From Acidimicrobiia bacterium (GTDB lineage Bacteria; Actinomycetota; Acidimicrobiia; Acidimicrobiales; JANYDT01): a DNA stretch of 64,000 nucleotides. The translations under genes were made by a program, and so were the position numbers. Of the stretch, positions 63,926 to 64,000 are shown one piece after another. The notes beneath the pieces were generated by a model that saw only the letters and a program-made list of their open reading frames with translations, was not told where the DNA came from and did no database searches. The stretch covers positions 65,381 to 129,380 of the forward strand of contig JAYSSK010000057.1 of the NCBI GenBank assembly GCA_043720595.1. The letters are read 5' to 3'. Position 1 is the stretch's first letter. Each line of letters opens with the position of its first letter.

Positions 63926-64000
63926 TTGAAGTTCACTGACGGTTTTTGGCTCACGCGGACCGGGTATTCGGTGCTGCCCGTTTTGCAGTCCCACGATGCT
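63926..64000 (+). CDS. 5' end of a probable GH31-type glycosidase (partial, runs off the window)
   Basis: A TTG start 3 nt after the xylH stop gives LKFTDGFWLTRTGYSV. An (M)KFTDGFW N-terminus is what I remember for GH31 alpha-xylosidase-like proteins. Only 25 codons are visible. Confidence 0.4.
   Translation, partial: MKFTDGFWLTRTGYSVLPVLQSHDA

Overview
High-GC, gene-dense chromosomal segment with about 60 protein genes on both strands. The gene signature looks actinobacterial: DUF3499, DUF3107, paired ArsA-like ATPases, a PdtaS-type kinase, GpgS and heme A synthase. The backbone is amino-acid biosynthesis: ilvB-ilvN (preceded by an Ile/Val-rich leader peptide plus intrinsic terminator), ilvC with a divergent LysR regulator, serC, serA, leuD-leuC with a divergent IclR regulator, and leuB. 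Also present are etfBA, an Mrp/ApbC Fe-S carrier, a MacB-type ABC exporter and a XylFGH-like sugar importer. I saw no rRNA, tRNA, CRISPR array, transposase, integrase or phage genes. The most unusual content is a minus-strand operon at 35748-44317. It joins a carrier protein, an acyl-CoA-dehydrogenase-fold protein, a tRNA-independent class II aaRS-like amino-acid:carrier-protein ligase and a DUF1839-like protein to a GH2 glycosidase, a fused double alpha/beta-hydrolase-fold protein lacking Ser nucleophiles, and a membrane-anchored GH25 muramidase. Most junctions are start/stop overlaps (GTGA/ATGA). Other notable items: a decayed DnaB helicase remnant, an orphan ArsI/CadI-type gene with tandem operator-like repeats, a recurrent class of 10-13 bp tandem duplications (three of them re-copy a gene's last codons plus its stop codon), and a perfect 66-bp in-frame duplication. 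All functional calls come from reading the supplied translations for family motifs. No database search or computation was run, and several start codons are uncertain.
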